Origin: Octopus sinensis
Lineage: Eukaryota
Assembly (NCBI RefSeq): GCF_006345805.1
Contig: NC_043000.1
Location: 146,506,001-146,570,000, forward strand
Reading direction: 5' to 3'
DNA length: 64,000 nt
The notes beneath the pieces were generated by a model. It did not search any database, had not been told where the DNA came from, and saw only the letters and a list, made by a program, of their open reading frames with translations. How positions within the stretch are numbered: position 1 is the stretch's first letter; each line of letters starts with the position of its first letter. The position numbers and the translations under genes are program-made. Positions 39,018 through 52,680 of this stretch are shown here, piece after piece.

Positions 39018-39631
39018 TATTAGAATACATGATTGCAACGTTAATTTGAACACTGTACATCTGCTGTGTATAGATGTACCGTGCGATATTGCAATACGTA
39101 CACCAGAATATGTTTGGTATCTCGTTTCATACTATACTTAGTATTATCTTTGTACAAGATGAAGTAAATCATAGTTTTGTAATTATTATTGTTGCTATTA
39201 TTTTATAGTTATTGCACTTGGGACCAGCGTATAACAGAAGAGGATTTATCTAAAGGTGGAATGACAGTTTGCTTAAGTAGAATATAACGATATTGAGCTA
39301 GTAGTGTTAATCTGGTCAACTAATCACAAACTAACCCTTCCATTACATGGTTGATGATTTGCCTCAGGATAGACAGAATGAATGCCACATGTGACAGTGA
39401 TTTGCATTGCAATAATCTCTTTAAACAATTCTACAAATATTACGGTGAATTTCAAAGGAATAACAGACTATTCTAGAGTAGCGATTAAAGTAGATATATG
39501 TGAACTGAAATTAAGCATGACATTTTCTTTTGTGTGACAGATGGCTGTCAATAAAGAGACGAGGGTAAGAGAAGAGAAGAACGTGTGATAGCTAAATATG
39601 AAATGGATAGCGATGAATGAATTATCTAGAG

Positions 39632-39832
39632 CGGTGCTTTTCAAACTTTTTGCTGGAGCGGAACCCCAAGGAAATATTCCACTGGCTCGAGGAACCCCTG
39701 TGCAATAATTTACTAGTCTTATGCACACATATCTGCACAGGAGAATTAAAAATTACTGCCGATTTTAGCAGTTTTGTAACTTCTTGTGGAACCCCTGCAC
39801 TGTACTGGCGGAACCCTGGTGGAAAACCACTG
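39632..39832. mobile_element. hAT (Charlie-like) MITE
   Basis: 8-bp TSD ATCTAGAG on both sides (NTCTAGAN target); imperfect TIRs CGGTGCTTTTCAA / TGGAAAACCACTG. Confidence 0.85.
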
Positions 39833-40135
39833 ATCTAGAGAGACAATAATTAGGCAGATATATAGCATTGTGTCCTAAGTATATATCTTGGTCAAGCCAA
39901 GACCTGTGTCCAAGCGGTATGACCAGAAATCGGGTTCCTTGTAATAATTGATCGCCCTATATTCGTCAGATATCTTTGTTGGGGATTTAAGTTCATCACA
40001 GTAAATGATGTCTCTATAGAGCAATTTCATGAGCACTACTAAGTGCAACCTGTAATCTTAAGGAAATAGGAGTATATCTCGTATTCCACGTATTCGTTCT
40101 TAAATATGACTGTGTGTGTGTGTATGTGTGTGTGT

Positions 40136-40179
<44 letters not shown>

Positions 40180-40180
40180 A

Positions 40181-40440
40181 ATATAATGAGACAACAAAGC
40201 CAAGGCTGTGTGGAATTTTCCGAACATTTATAAGGTGAAAATTAGTCTTACAGGCGTTTCCGGGATATTAGCGATATCCCTTCATCAGAGACGATGTGAG
40301 ATGGCTCAAAAGAGAAAAATATTAGAGTTCAATATGAGGAGTTATGTTGGAAAAGGAAAGAAATAAGAAGTATATAGGGAAATAAGAGAATGTCTGTAAA
40401 ATAAAAAATATATAAAGTTGTTATGTTGTCTCATTTTATA
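40181..40440 (-). mobile_element. Family F hammerhead element with short terminal inverted repeats
   Basis: ATAATGAGACAAC (40181-) and GTTGTCTCATTTTATA (-40440); hammerhead at 40245-40292. Confidence 0.7.
40245..40292 (-). ncRNA. Minimal type-I hammerhead motif (family F)
   Basis: GTCT-CTGATGA-A-GGGATAT/cgcta/ATATCCC-G-GAAA-C/gcct/G-TA-AGAC; all stems pair. Confidence 0.78.
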
Positions 40441-40550
40441 TAACATATGCATATTCAAACAAGATCCGCATTAGCAAGAATCTAGCAACGGTTCTTCCAT
40501 AGTACATACATAGCATTACCTGCTACCTTGAGTCTTCTGGATACCCATAC

Positions 40551-40847
<297 letters not shown>

Positions 40848-40850
<3 letters not shown>

Positions 40851-41039
40851 TATCAACCAAATGTGAATCGTTGGCGATTTTTTCCCTCAGTCTTCCTCTT
40901 CTATTGCACTGAAGAAGAGCTTTGCTCGAAACGTTAAATCATCTTTCTTTCCTTCCCTGGGGGTCTGCTGCTACTTTACATCTACCACGTCCTAACGTTG
41001 TTGTTGTTTTGTGTTTGCTCTTCGTTTGGGGGGATTTAC

Positions 41040-41040
<1 letters not shown>
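40848..41040 (+). mobile_element. Family E hammerhead element
   Basis: CTGAAGA-A-GAGC/ttt/GCTC-GAAA-CG-TT (40909-40935); core intact, stem I broken. Confidence 0.72.
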
Positions 41041-41074
<34 letters not shown>

Positions 41075-41091
41075 CACACACACACACACAC

Positions 41092-41132
<41 letters not shown>

Positions 41133-41767
41133 GGATTTTACAGAGTTTAATTGAAGCAAGAATAGATAGAATTTCAATTTTTCATAGTTGAATTCATGGG
41201 AATCTACTGGAACAGTCTTAGAAATTTAAACTGTCTCTGGAGCATCACCAAAGGGAATTATTTTAAAATTGTATCACAAATTTTAAGACAAGATTATATG
41301 TGATGATATAGTGAACACACTTTTACCGAATTCCCTCTCAGTATAAATTAAGTGGGATATATGTAAAACATCTCAACCGACCATTTTATTTATTTCTTTT
41401 TAAACTGGAACGTTCTTTCAGATTTGTATATCATTGTTTTTCAAATGATTTAAAACTTGAAGGCCTGAATAAATGTGGGTGCATCATAAATTTGAGCATC
41501 AAAAATATTCTACTTAAACCCAATGAAAAACTAGAGACACTCCACTCTTTAATAATAATATCAATTCTTCAAGAGCTTTTTGTATATTTTCGAGATATAT
41601 ACAATATCTTAATTAAATCTATTTAAAGTTTAATTATTATACATTTTAAACTTTTCGTGTCAACAATTAAATAGCTCTGTGATTAAATATATATTCTTTT
41701 GCGCAGTGAGCCAATTTTGATAAAATTATATTCCGTTGATTTAAAATGTCAATAATTAAGATTAAAA

Positions 41768-44000
41768 ATGTTCTTCGTTTTATTTTATTGTTTAGTTTTA
41801 AATGCTTGTGGAAGTGATTCTGGCAGTGTTGATGATGAGAATTATTATTGCTTTGAATCAATTAAAAATTGTTGTTCAATCAAAGACACGCTGTATTGTT
41901 TGGAATTCGGAATGACGTTAAATAAAACAAATAACAAGATTTCAATCACTTATGTTTCTTTAAAAGTATATTGAACAATCATTATTTCAGTAGATTTGAA
42001 AAAAAATTTTTTAAAACTAAATGTAAAATCAAAAATTATATGTAGAAAAAATGATGAAATTGAAAATTGTATCAGAAAAATTCGAATCTTTCATGTCATA
42101 ATTCAATTCAATTTTCCACAAAATATCTAAAATGAAATTATTGAAATAACAAACTAGCATCAGTTAAAGCTTTCATGTTAGAACAACAAATTGTAAACAG
42201 ACATTACAGAACACTTCTCAATACTATTTTATCTTAGTATCATTTAAAAAGAGAATAAAATATTAGAAGATATTATGATGCACCGCAGTTAATGTGTTTT
42301 AATTCGTACGCATCTGGTCAACATTCTACCGTGTATCTAATATCATCAGACTATTTTTCATGAGACCAATAAGGCTGGAATAAACATGACTCTAAACTGT
42401 TTGTTAATGTGTTAACAATTATACATCATATGTTTAATCCTATAGAAGGTATTGCGCCATATTAGATTTTAAATGTATGAAAATCATTCCCGTAGCTCTA
42501 GCATTATCTAAGACATTTAACTGTAAAAATGTTTATCTACTTATCTTAACAATTCATCCAAATGCTTGATTTCAAATATATATAGAGAAAGCCCTTTCTA
42601 ATCTGTATGTTAAATTCATTAAAAAATGTGTGCAATATTCAAAATATAATTCAATGTATTGGGATTAAAATGTAACCTTTATAACAGAAAATATTTTTTT
42701 CATATTTGAACGTGTGAATTGTAAAATGGTTAAGACTGGATACAAGTAATCTTCAATAAAAATTATTTATAATATAGGATATATAACTTACGTATATTTT
42801 GCTAGAAAATATTCATGCTGTGTAAGTATTACCCGCATAGCTATAGACCATTTAATAAATGGCTTTTAGATTCTTCGTCTGTAGATATACTAGTGAGTGA
42901 AACAAAGTGGCACTTTCCCAGCAGGCTTTATGAAACCATGCAACACGAAATGGCGCTCGTTAAATGAATGCATACTTAACGTTTTCTTGCAGAGTACGTA
43001 ATCTTTGTGTACGTATTTGGAATCAATAAGAACTACTCTAAATAGTAATTGTCACTTTAGAAAACGAGCTATATAACCATATATTTTTCTGGAAGAGAAA
43101 CACAACTAATGAATAAAATTGGTCTCCTTAATAGCTTGTGAATCTACCAAACCATATATACTTTTTAACATATAATATATCTATTCTCATTATATATTAT
43201 CTTCTTTAAACAATCTAGAATTTCGAAAGCAATCTTGTAAACTTTTGCTAAATATCGCTTGAATTTGTTTATCATTTTTTATTTTATTTCTTGTTATTGT
43301 GATATATTTCCAGCAAATCACACCAAATCTATTTGAAGTCAATTCTATTGTTAACTATCAATAATGCCCGTAAGGAGCGGAGCGATATTATATGACATGA
43401 AACCGATACTTATTGACTGTCTCCTTTTCGCCCCCAGGGACTTATTTGCAATATTTGGCAGCTAAAAAGATTAATTAGTATTCATTGTCCCAACATTTTA
43501 TTGATTTATTATCCGTAAAACAAAGCAAATACAGCTACATCAAATTGAGCCGAGAAACAATTCAGATAAAAATGAAATATTGTATTAGCTCATCTCTGAA
43601 CAGCTTATCATAAATTCAGAAATATATTCAATAATATCGGATATCAAGATAAAATATACTCTAAATATACTCCAACAGAATGTTTTTGTTGTTTTTTATA
43701 TCTCAAGGATGTATTCTTTGGTAAATGTAGCTTGCTAGTGAACCACAAATCATTATGTGTAATATTTTTTCAAAGACATTAGGAACGTCTTGAATATTCA
43801 CGATTGCATTTTAAATAACATATTTATTAGCTTTTTTTTCATTTTGTCAGTAAATGCCTATAGTACATATTTTTAAGCTAGAATTTAAAAAAGAAAACAG
43901 AAATGACTGCATGAAATGCCTAAACTCATGAAAAACATTTATTATAGAAAGCATAAATATATTGAAATGCCCGAGAACTGGCCTTAAGTATTTTGATAGG
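41768..44000 (+). pseudogene. Probable heavily decayed single-exon Toll-like-receptor / LRR-TM-TIR pseudogene
   Basis: Signal-peptide-like MFFVLFYCLVLNACGS; LRR-like relics (IHPNA, FITENIF, TFPAGFM); Cys cap (NSNCH...CESTKP...LNNLEFRKQSC); hydrophobic ICLSFFILFLVIVIYFQ (~43263); TIR-like relics in the same frame (MKYCI...ISR...FFISQ...W*M*LA). Many stops and frameshifts. Confidence 0.4.
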
Positions 44001-44815
44001 AATCACATGGCCGCAGGGTTCCCATGTGATACCTATGATGTATAAGGATACAAGTAATTTAAATGTTGACATGTATGCCGTATCACTACCTAAGAGTCTT
44101 GCTTCACTATAAATAGATTACATGCATGATAAGTATAAATATTTCTATTGAAATAATTCTTAGTTACACTTGCATCTAACAAAGAAAACCTGCCTTTGGC
44201 TTTACATTTGTTTAGCTACAAAGATCACTTCGTCAGCACAGTATTACAAGAGCCGAACAAACTAGACAACATGTCGCTCATATTTGGTGATGAAATGCTA
44301 CTGAATAGTAGTATGATTGATTTGAAAAATTTCCATCTCTTAAAATACCGAGTAGCCTAACAAAATCTACTTGGAATAAACATTGGAATAATATCGTCAA
44401 TTAGGGTCATTATGTTGGCAAATTAACATTTTGTATAGTTTATGCAGTCCTTCGTGAACAAAATCGCATGCAATAAACGGAGCCGCTACGTTATCGTGCA
44501 TATATTAATGATTAAAACATTGATTCTGTAAACAAACTTAATGAAACTGCTATAATTTTTCTCATAAAATCTAACTTGACGAAAATCCTGCTTGCATAAA
44601 TGCTTGCATGCATTCATCTCTCCTGTCATACGTACATTAATGCATACATATAAATTTCTGTTTATTCACTAAAAATGCATGAAGACTGTATTATAGAAAC
44701 ATTCAGTAATACATCCTTTCTTGGTGAATAAACAGAAATTTGTATGAATATAAATAATATACATATACGTGTGTGAGAGTGTGTGTATACATACACACAT
44801 ACATATATACAATAT

Positions 44816-45241
44816 AGGCGCAGGAGTGGCTGTGTGGTAAGTAGCTTGCTAACCAACCACATGGTTCCGGATTCAGTCCACAGCGTGGGATCTTGGGCAA
44901 GTGTCTTCTGCTATAGCCCCGGGCCGACCAATGCCTTGTGAGTGGATTTGGTAGACGGAAACTGAAAGAAGCCTGTCGTATATATGTATATATATATATA
45001 AGTGTGTGTGTATATGTTTGTGTGTCTGTGTTTGTCCTCCTAGCATTGCTTGACAACCGATGCTGGTGTGTTTACGTCCCCGTCACTTAGCGGTTCGGCA
45101 AAATAGACCGATAGAATAAGTACTGGGCTTACAAAAGAATAAGTCCCGGGGTCGAGTTGCTCGACTAAAGGCGGCGCTCCAGCATGGCCGCAGTCAAATG
45201 ACTGAAACAAGTAAAAGAGTAAAAAAAAAAGAAAAAGAGTA
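44816..45241 (+). mobile_element. Group B SINE
   Basis: Canonical modules. Confidence 0.92.
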
Positions 45242-45512
45242 CCAGAATAGAAGAAAATCTGAGCGGTGAGCGAGGCATCAGAACGGAAATTCAAAATCAA
45301 AAGCTTATCCGAAGACGACAGCAATGCAGAAGACCATATCTGTGCTGATAAAGAAGAGCTGAACAAGGCTACAAGGTTCTCAAAATGCAGAAGAAATAGA
45401 ATTCAATTCTTGAAATTTTATCACCAATAACGGTCACAGCCAACACGTATGAAGCAAAAAAGTTTTATATATAGAGTTGTTCAGACGTTGGAGTCGGAGA
45501 ATTTTGGGGTGA

Positions 45513-48500
45513 CATGCGATTTTAAGAAAGTGGAGCAATGAAAGTAAAGCTGAAAACAGGAAAAATAAACAGAAATAGAGTTGTCAACATGCGATTTTAA
45601 GAAAGTGGAGCAATGAAAGTAAAGCTGAAAACAGGAAAAATAAACAGAAATAAAGTTGTCAACATGCGATTTTAAGAAAGTGGAGCAATGAAAGTAAAGC
45701 TGAAAACAGGAAAAATAAACAGAAATAAAGTTGTCAACATGCGATTTTAAGAAAGTGGAGCAATGAAAGTAAAGCTGAAAACAGGAAAAATAAACAGAAA
45801 TAAAGTTGTCAACATGCGATTTTAAGAAAGTGGAGCAATGAAAGTAAAGCTGAAAACAGGAAAAATAAACAGAAATAGAGTTGGTCAACATGCGATTTTA
45901 AGAAAGTGGAGCAATGAAAGTAAAGGTGAAAACAGGAAAAATAAACAGAAATAGAGTTGTCAACATGCGATTTTAAGAAAGTGGAGCAATGAAAGTAAAG
46001 GTGAAAACAGGAAAAATAAACAGAAATAGAGTTGTCAACATGCGATTTTAAGAAAGTGGAGCAATGAAAGTAAAGCTGAAAACAGGAAAAATAACAGAAA
46101 TAGAGTTGTCAACATGCGATTTTAAGAAAGTGGAGCAATGAAAGTAAAGGTGAAAACAGGAAAAATAAACAGAAATAGAGTTGTCAACATGCGATTTTAA
46201 GAAAGTGGAGCAATGAAAGTAAGCTGAAAACAGGAAAAATAAACAGAAATAGAGTTGTCAACATGCGATTTTAAGAAAGTGGAGCAATGAAAGTAAAGGT
46301 GAAAACAGGAAAAATAAACAGAAATAGAGTTGTCAACATGCGATTTTAAGAAAGTGGAGCAATGAAAGTAAAGCTGAAAACAGGAAAAATAAACAGAATA
46401 GAGTTGTCAACATGCGATTTTAAGAAAGTGGAGCAATGAAAGTAAAGCTGAAAACAGGAAAAATAAACAGAAATAGAGTTGTCAACATGCGATTTTAAGA
46501 AAGTGGAGCAATGAACGTAAAGCTGAAAACAGGAAAATAAACAAAATAGAGTTGTCAACATGCGATTTTAAGAAAGTGGAGCAATGAAAGTAAAGCTGAA
46601 AACAGAAAAATAAACAGAAATAGAGTTGTCAACATGCGATTTTAAGAAAGTGGAGCAATGAAAGTAAAGCTGAAAACAGGAAAAATAAACAGAAATAGAG
46701 TTGTCAACATGCGATTTTAAGAAAGTGGAGCAATGAAGTAAAGGTGAAAACAGGAAAAATAAACAGAAATAAAGTTGTCAACATGCGATTTTAAGAAAGT
46801 GGAGCAATGAAAGCAAAGCTGGAAACAGGAAAAATTATCAGAATAGAGTTGTCAACATGCGATGGATTTTAAAGTGGAGCAATGAAAGTAAAGCTGAAAA
46901 CAGGAAAATAAACAGAAATAGAGTTGTCAACATTCGATTTTAAGAAGTGGAGCATGAACGTAAAGCTGAAAACAGGAAAAATAAACAGAAATAGAGTTGT
47001 CAACATGCGATTTTAAGAAAGTGGAGCAATGAAAGTAAAGCTGAAAACAGGAAAAATAAACAGAAAAATAGAATATAGTTGTCAACATGCGATTTTAAGA
47101 AAGTGGAGCAATGACGTAAAGCTGAAAACAGGAAAAATAAACAGAAATAGAGTTGTCAAACTGCGATTTTAAGAAAGTGGAGCAATGAAAGTAAAGCTGA
47201 AAACAGGAAAATAAACAGAAATAGAGTTGTCAACATGCGATTTTAAGAAAGTGGAGCAATGAAAGTAAGCTGAAAACAGGAAAATAAACAGAAATAGAGT
47301 TGTCAACATGCGATTTTAAGAAAGTGGAGCAATGAAAGTAAAGGTGAAAACAGGAAAATAAACAGAAATAGAGTTGTCAACATGCGATTTTAAGAAAGTG
47401 GAGCAATGAAAGTAAGCTGAAAACAGGAAAATAAACAGAAATAGAGTTGTCAACATGCGATTTTAAGAAAGTGGAGCAATGAAAGTAAAGGTGAAAACAG
47501 GAAAATAAACAGAAATAGAGTTGTCAACATGCGATTTTAAGAAAGTGGAGCAATGAAAGTAAAGCTGAAAACAGAAAAATAAACAGAAATAGAGTTGTCA
47601 ACATGCGATTTTAAGAAAGTGGAGCAATGAAAGTAAAGGTAAAACAGAAAAATAAACAGAAATAGAGTTGTCAACATGCGATTTTAAGAAAGTGGAGCAA
47701 TGAAAGTAAGCTGAAAACAGGAAAAATAAACAGAAATAGAGTTGTCAACATGCGATTTTAAGAAAGTGGAGCAATGAAAGTAAAGGTGAAAACAGAAAAA
47801 TAAACAGAAATAGAGTTGTCAACATGCGATTTTAAGAAAGTGGAGCAATGAAAGCAAAGCTGAAAACAGAAATAAACAGAAATAGAGTTGTCAACATGCG
47901 ATTTTAAGAAAGTGGGCAATGAAAGTAAAGCTGAAAACAGGAAAAATAACAGAAAAGAGTTAGGTCAACATGCGATTTTAAGAAAGTGGAGCAATGAACG
48001 TAAAGCTGAAAACAGGAAAAATAAACAGAAATAGAGTTGTCAACATGCGATTTTAAGAAAGTGGAGCAATGAACGTAAAGCTGAAAACAGGAAAAATAAA
48101 CAGAAATAGAATTGTCAACATGCGCGATTTAAGAAAGTGGAACAATGAACGTAAACTGAAAACAGAAAAATAAACAGAATAGAGTTGTCAACATGCGATT
48201 TTAAGAAAGTGGAGCAATGAAAGTAAAGCTGAAAACAGGAAAAATAAACAGAAATAGAGTTGTCAACATGCGATTTTAAGAAAGTGGAGCAATGAAAGTA
48301 AAGCTGAAAACAGGAAAAATAAACAGAAATAGAGTTGTCAAACTGCGATTTTAAGAAAGTGGAGCAATGAAAGTAAAGCTGAAAACAGGAAAAATAACAG
48401 AAATAGAGTTGTCAACATGCGATTTTAAGAAAGTGGAGCAATGAACGTAAAGCTGAAAACAGGAAAAATAAACAGAATAGAGTTGTCAAACTGCGATTTT

Positions 48501-50729
48501 AAGAAAGTGGAGCAATGAAGTAAAGCTGAAAACAGGAAAAATAAACAGAAATAGAGTTGTCAACATGCGATTTTAAGAAAGTGGAGCAATGAAAGTAAAG
48601 CTGAAAACAGGAAAAATAAACAGAAATAGTTGTCAACATGCGATTTTAAGAAAGTGGAGCAATGAAAGTAAAGCTGAAAACAGGAAAAATAAACAGAAAT
48701 AGAGTTGTCAACATGCATTTTAAGAAAGTGGAGCAATGAACGTAAAGCTGAAAACAGGAAAAATAAACAGAAATAGAGTTGTCAACATGCGATTTTAAGA
48801 AAGTGGAGCAATGAAAGTAAAGCTGAAAACAGGAAAAATAAACAGAAATAGAGTTGTCAACATGCGATTTTAAGAAAGTGGAGCAATGAAAGTAAAGCTG
48901 AAAACAGGAAAAATAAACAAAATAGAGTTGTCAACTGCGATTTTAAGAAAGTGGAGCAATGAAAGTAAAGCTGAAAACAGGAAAAATAAACAGAAATAGA
49001 GTTGTCAACATGCGATTTTAAGAAAGTGGAGCAATGAACGTAAAGCTGAAAACAGGAAAAATAACAGAAATAGAGTTGTCAACATGCGATTTTAAGAAAG
49101 TGGAGCAATGAAAGTAAAGCTGAAAACAGGAAAAATAAACAGAAATAGAGTTGTCAAACTGCGATTTTAAGAAAGTGGAGCAATGAAAGTAAAGCTGAAA
49201 ACAGGAAAAATAAACAGAAATAGAGTTGTCAACATGCGATTTTAAGAAAGTGGAGCAATGAACGTAAAGCTGAAAACAGGAAAAATAAACAGAAATAGAG
49301 TTGTCAAACTGCGATTTTAAGAAAGTGGAGCAATGAAAGTAAAGCTGAAAACAGGAAAAATAAACAGAAATAGAGTTGTCAACATGCGATTTTAAGAAAG
49401 TGGAGCAATGAAAGTAAAGCTGAAAACAGGAAAAATAAACAGAAATAGAGTTGTCAACATGCGATTTTAAGAAAGTGGAGCAATGAAAGTAAAGCTGAAA
49501 ACAGGAAAAATAAACAGAAATAGAGTTGTCAACATGCGATTTTAAGAAAGTGGAGCAATGAACGTAAAGCTGAAAACAGGAAAATAAACAGAAATAGAGT
49601 TGTCAACATGCGATTTTAAGAAAGTGGAGCAATGAAAGTAAAGCTGAAAACAGGAAAAATAAACAGAAATAGAGTTGTCAACATGCGATTTTAAGAAAGT
49701 GGAGCAATGAAAGTAAAGCTGAAAACAGGAAAAATAAACAGAAATAGAGTTGTCAACATGCGATTTTAAGAAAGTGGAGCAATGAAAGTAAAGCTGAAAA
49801 CAGGAAAAATAAACAGAAATAGAGTTGTCAACATGCGATTTTAAGAAAGTGGAGCAATGAAAGTAAAGCTGAAAACAGGAAAAATAAACAGAAATAGAGT
49901 TGTCAACATGCGATTTTAAGAAAGTGGAGCAATGAAAGTAAAGCTGAAAACAGGAAAAAAAACAGAAATAGAGTTGTCAACATGCGATTTTAAGAAAGTG
50001 GAGCAATGAAAGTAAAGCTGAAAACAGGAAAAATAGACAGAAATAGAGTTGTCAACATGCGATTTTAAGAAAGTGGAGCAATGAAAGTAAAGCTGAAAAC
50101 AGGAAAAATAAACAGAAATAGAGTTGTCAACATGCGATTTTAAGAAAGTGGAGCAATGAAAGTAAAGCTGAAAACAGGAAAAATAAACAGAAATAGAGTT
50201 GTCAACATGCGATTTTAAGAAAGTGGAGCAATGAAAGTAAGCTGAAAACAGGAAAAATAAACAGAAATAGAGTTGTCAACATGCGATTTTAAGAAAGTGG
50301 AGCAATGAACGTAAAGCTGAAAACAGGAAAAATAAACAGAAATAGAGTTGTCAACATGCGATTTTAAGAAAGTGGAGCAATGAAAGTAAAGCTGAAAACA
50401 GGAGAAATAAACAGAAATAGAGTTGTCAACATGCGATTTTAAGAAAGTGGAACAATGAAAGTAAAGCTGAAAACAGGAAAAATAAACAGAAATAGAGTTG
50501 TCAACATGCGATTTTAAGAAAGTGGAGCAATGAAAGTAAAGCTGAAAACAGGAAAAATAAACAGAAATAAAGTTGTCAACATGCGATTTTAAGAAAGTGG
50601 AGCAATGAACGTAAAGCTGAAAACAGGAAAAATAAACAGAAATAAAGTTGTCAACATGCGATTTTAAGAAAGTGGAGCAATGAACGTAAAGCTGAAAACA
50701 GGAAAAAATAAACAGAAATAAAGTTGTCA
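45513..50729. repeat. Tandem satellite, 75-bp unit, about 70 copies
   Basis: Unit CATGCGATTTTAAGAAAGTGGAGCAATGAAAGTAAAGCTGAAAACAGGAAAAATAAACAGAAATAGAGTTGTCAA; period measured 45513 to 45588. Confidence 0.97.
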
Positions 50730-51220
50730 TACTACTCGACTAAAAATACAGTAGGTTAATCCGAAATAAAGATCAATGTTCAATGAATTAATATATTCTT
50801 CCTGATAATAACTAATGATAAGGTCAAAGATGAAAATATAGAGTTACATTTTTATCGTTACTCTTTAATGTTATTTCTCTGGAAAATTCTTGGCCTTTAC
50901 GTACGTACATATGCAGATGTCGGAGTCGGTTGCATTAACCTCAAAAGCACGAGAGGAGGACTCATCTTCATTCGATTAATATAAAATAACAGTGAGATAA
51001 AGCAAACGCGTTTCTTTTTGTGGATCATCTTCAAGTGAGTTGCAAAAGTCAGTCAGGAAGCTGAAGACCTTTTAAATATACAGTTGCTGCTTGAAAGATT
51101 TAATTTATTTGGGAGGATACAGTAGTTTATGTACAAGCGTTTCGATACCAGTAAATGTTCTTTCATTTACTCACACATGCATAAACCCCAAACACACTAA
51201 CAGAAAACACAGAAATATTT

Positions 51221-51500
51221 GGGTGGCCAGTGTGGTAAGTAATTTACTTCCAACAACATGATTCCGGATTCAGTCCCACAGCGTGACATCTTGGACACTT
51301 GGGCAAGTGTTTTTTACTATAGCTTCGGGCAGACCAAATCCATGTGAGTGGATTCGGTAGAGGGAAACGGAAACAAGGCAGTCATGGGTGTGTGTGTGTG
51401 TGTGGGGGGGGGTGTCTTTGTGTTATACCCCCACAAAGAAAAGCTTGACAACCACTGTTGATATATCGTTTATATCCCGTAACTTAGCAGTTCAGCAGAA
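51221..51500 (+). mobile_element. Old diverged group B SINE
   Basis: TGTGGTAAGTAATTTACTTCC...CTTGGGCAAGTG...GTGAGTGGATTCGGTAGAGGGAAAC...GCTTGACAACC. Confidence 0.75.
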
Positions 51501-52646
51501 GAACTGGATTAGATTTTGTTAGAATTATATACCCACAGTATGTATCATATTGAACCAAGAATATATGATGTTGGTCTTTCTTGCACAAACATGTACTTGA
51601 AATTACTTTTAAGACGATTTTCACATTGTCTTCTATGAGGTAAAAAGAATCTAAGCTTCTACTAAACATTTAAGAGAAACAAAAATATGTAAATATCATT
51701 TAAATAAACAGAAGAAAGCTATGCCGCGAATACTACTACGAAATCGTACATCACAATAAACAGGGTCTACAATACGCAGAACTGGATGGACAATTAAATT
51801 GATATGCCGGTGACGTCTCGTGGGACATCTCCAAAGACAGTATTGTACAGGTTTTGTTGAAGCTTCGGGAATGATTGATCCACTGTTCAGTAATGGATCG
51901 GTGAGACACACAGAGAACAAAATATAGCAAAGACACGTAGATATTTAATATTTTCATTTAATATTTTATTCTTCTTTTCTTCAGTACCAATGAAAGCAAA
52001 CTACACAACAGAGAAAAATTCTACTTAGCACTGACCTTACTGATATTTAATCGTCTATTTGTCTACTTTTCAAATAGTATGTGTTTCTCCATTCTTCAAA
52101 ATCAACATCCAACGCAATAGTAACCTAACCAGTACACTGATCATCTTCCACTATCATCTACTTATCGCCATCGTATTCATTAAAATCACCATCATCTTGA
52201 TCATCGCAAGCACTGTCACTGTCGTCACAGCCATCCTCACCATTAGCATTATCATCTGTTCTTTAAAGTGCAGCAAAAGGTCGTATAAGTTCCAACCAGT
52301 GTAACAGGTCATCCTCAGAGCGAATGAATTGCAGAGATATAATCAGAAATGTTCTAAATTGCTAAGATGGTTGCTATACAGATAGACGTCGAAGTTCAGG
52401 CCGTTTGGTGTATTTAGAAGATACATATGTTATGAGCGAAGTGCACGATGGGATGGTGGGATAATTCGATAATCTGCTAAAAGGTGTTAGGGTTGAGCAA
52501 TGGCAAGAGGGCAAATACTGGTGGATAGGGGGAGACACGTGCAAATACGGTCAAAGACAAAGAAGGTATTAAGATATAGGATTCAGGGTACTTTACATCA
52601 GCCTACGTGTCCAAAAATACGAGAGCCTAGTCTATATATATGAATG

Positions 52647-52680
<34 letters not shown>

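Noticed and set aside
45513-50729. Satellite as a CRISPR array or as a repeat-protein gene
   Set aside because: No unique spacers and a eukaryotic context. One open frame out of six in a 25-codon unit is unremarkable, and there is no non-repetitive coding flank.
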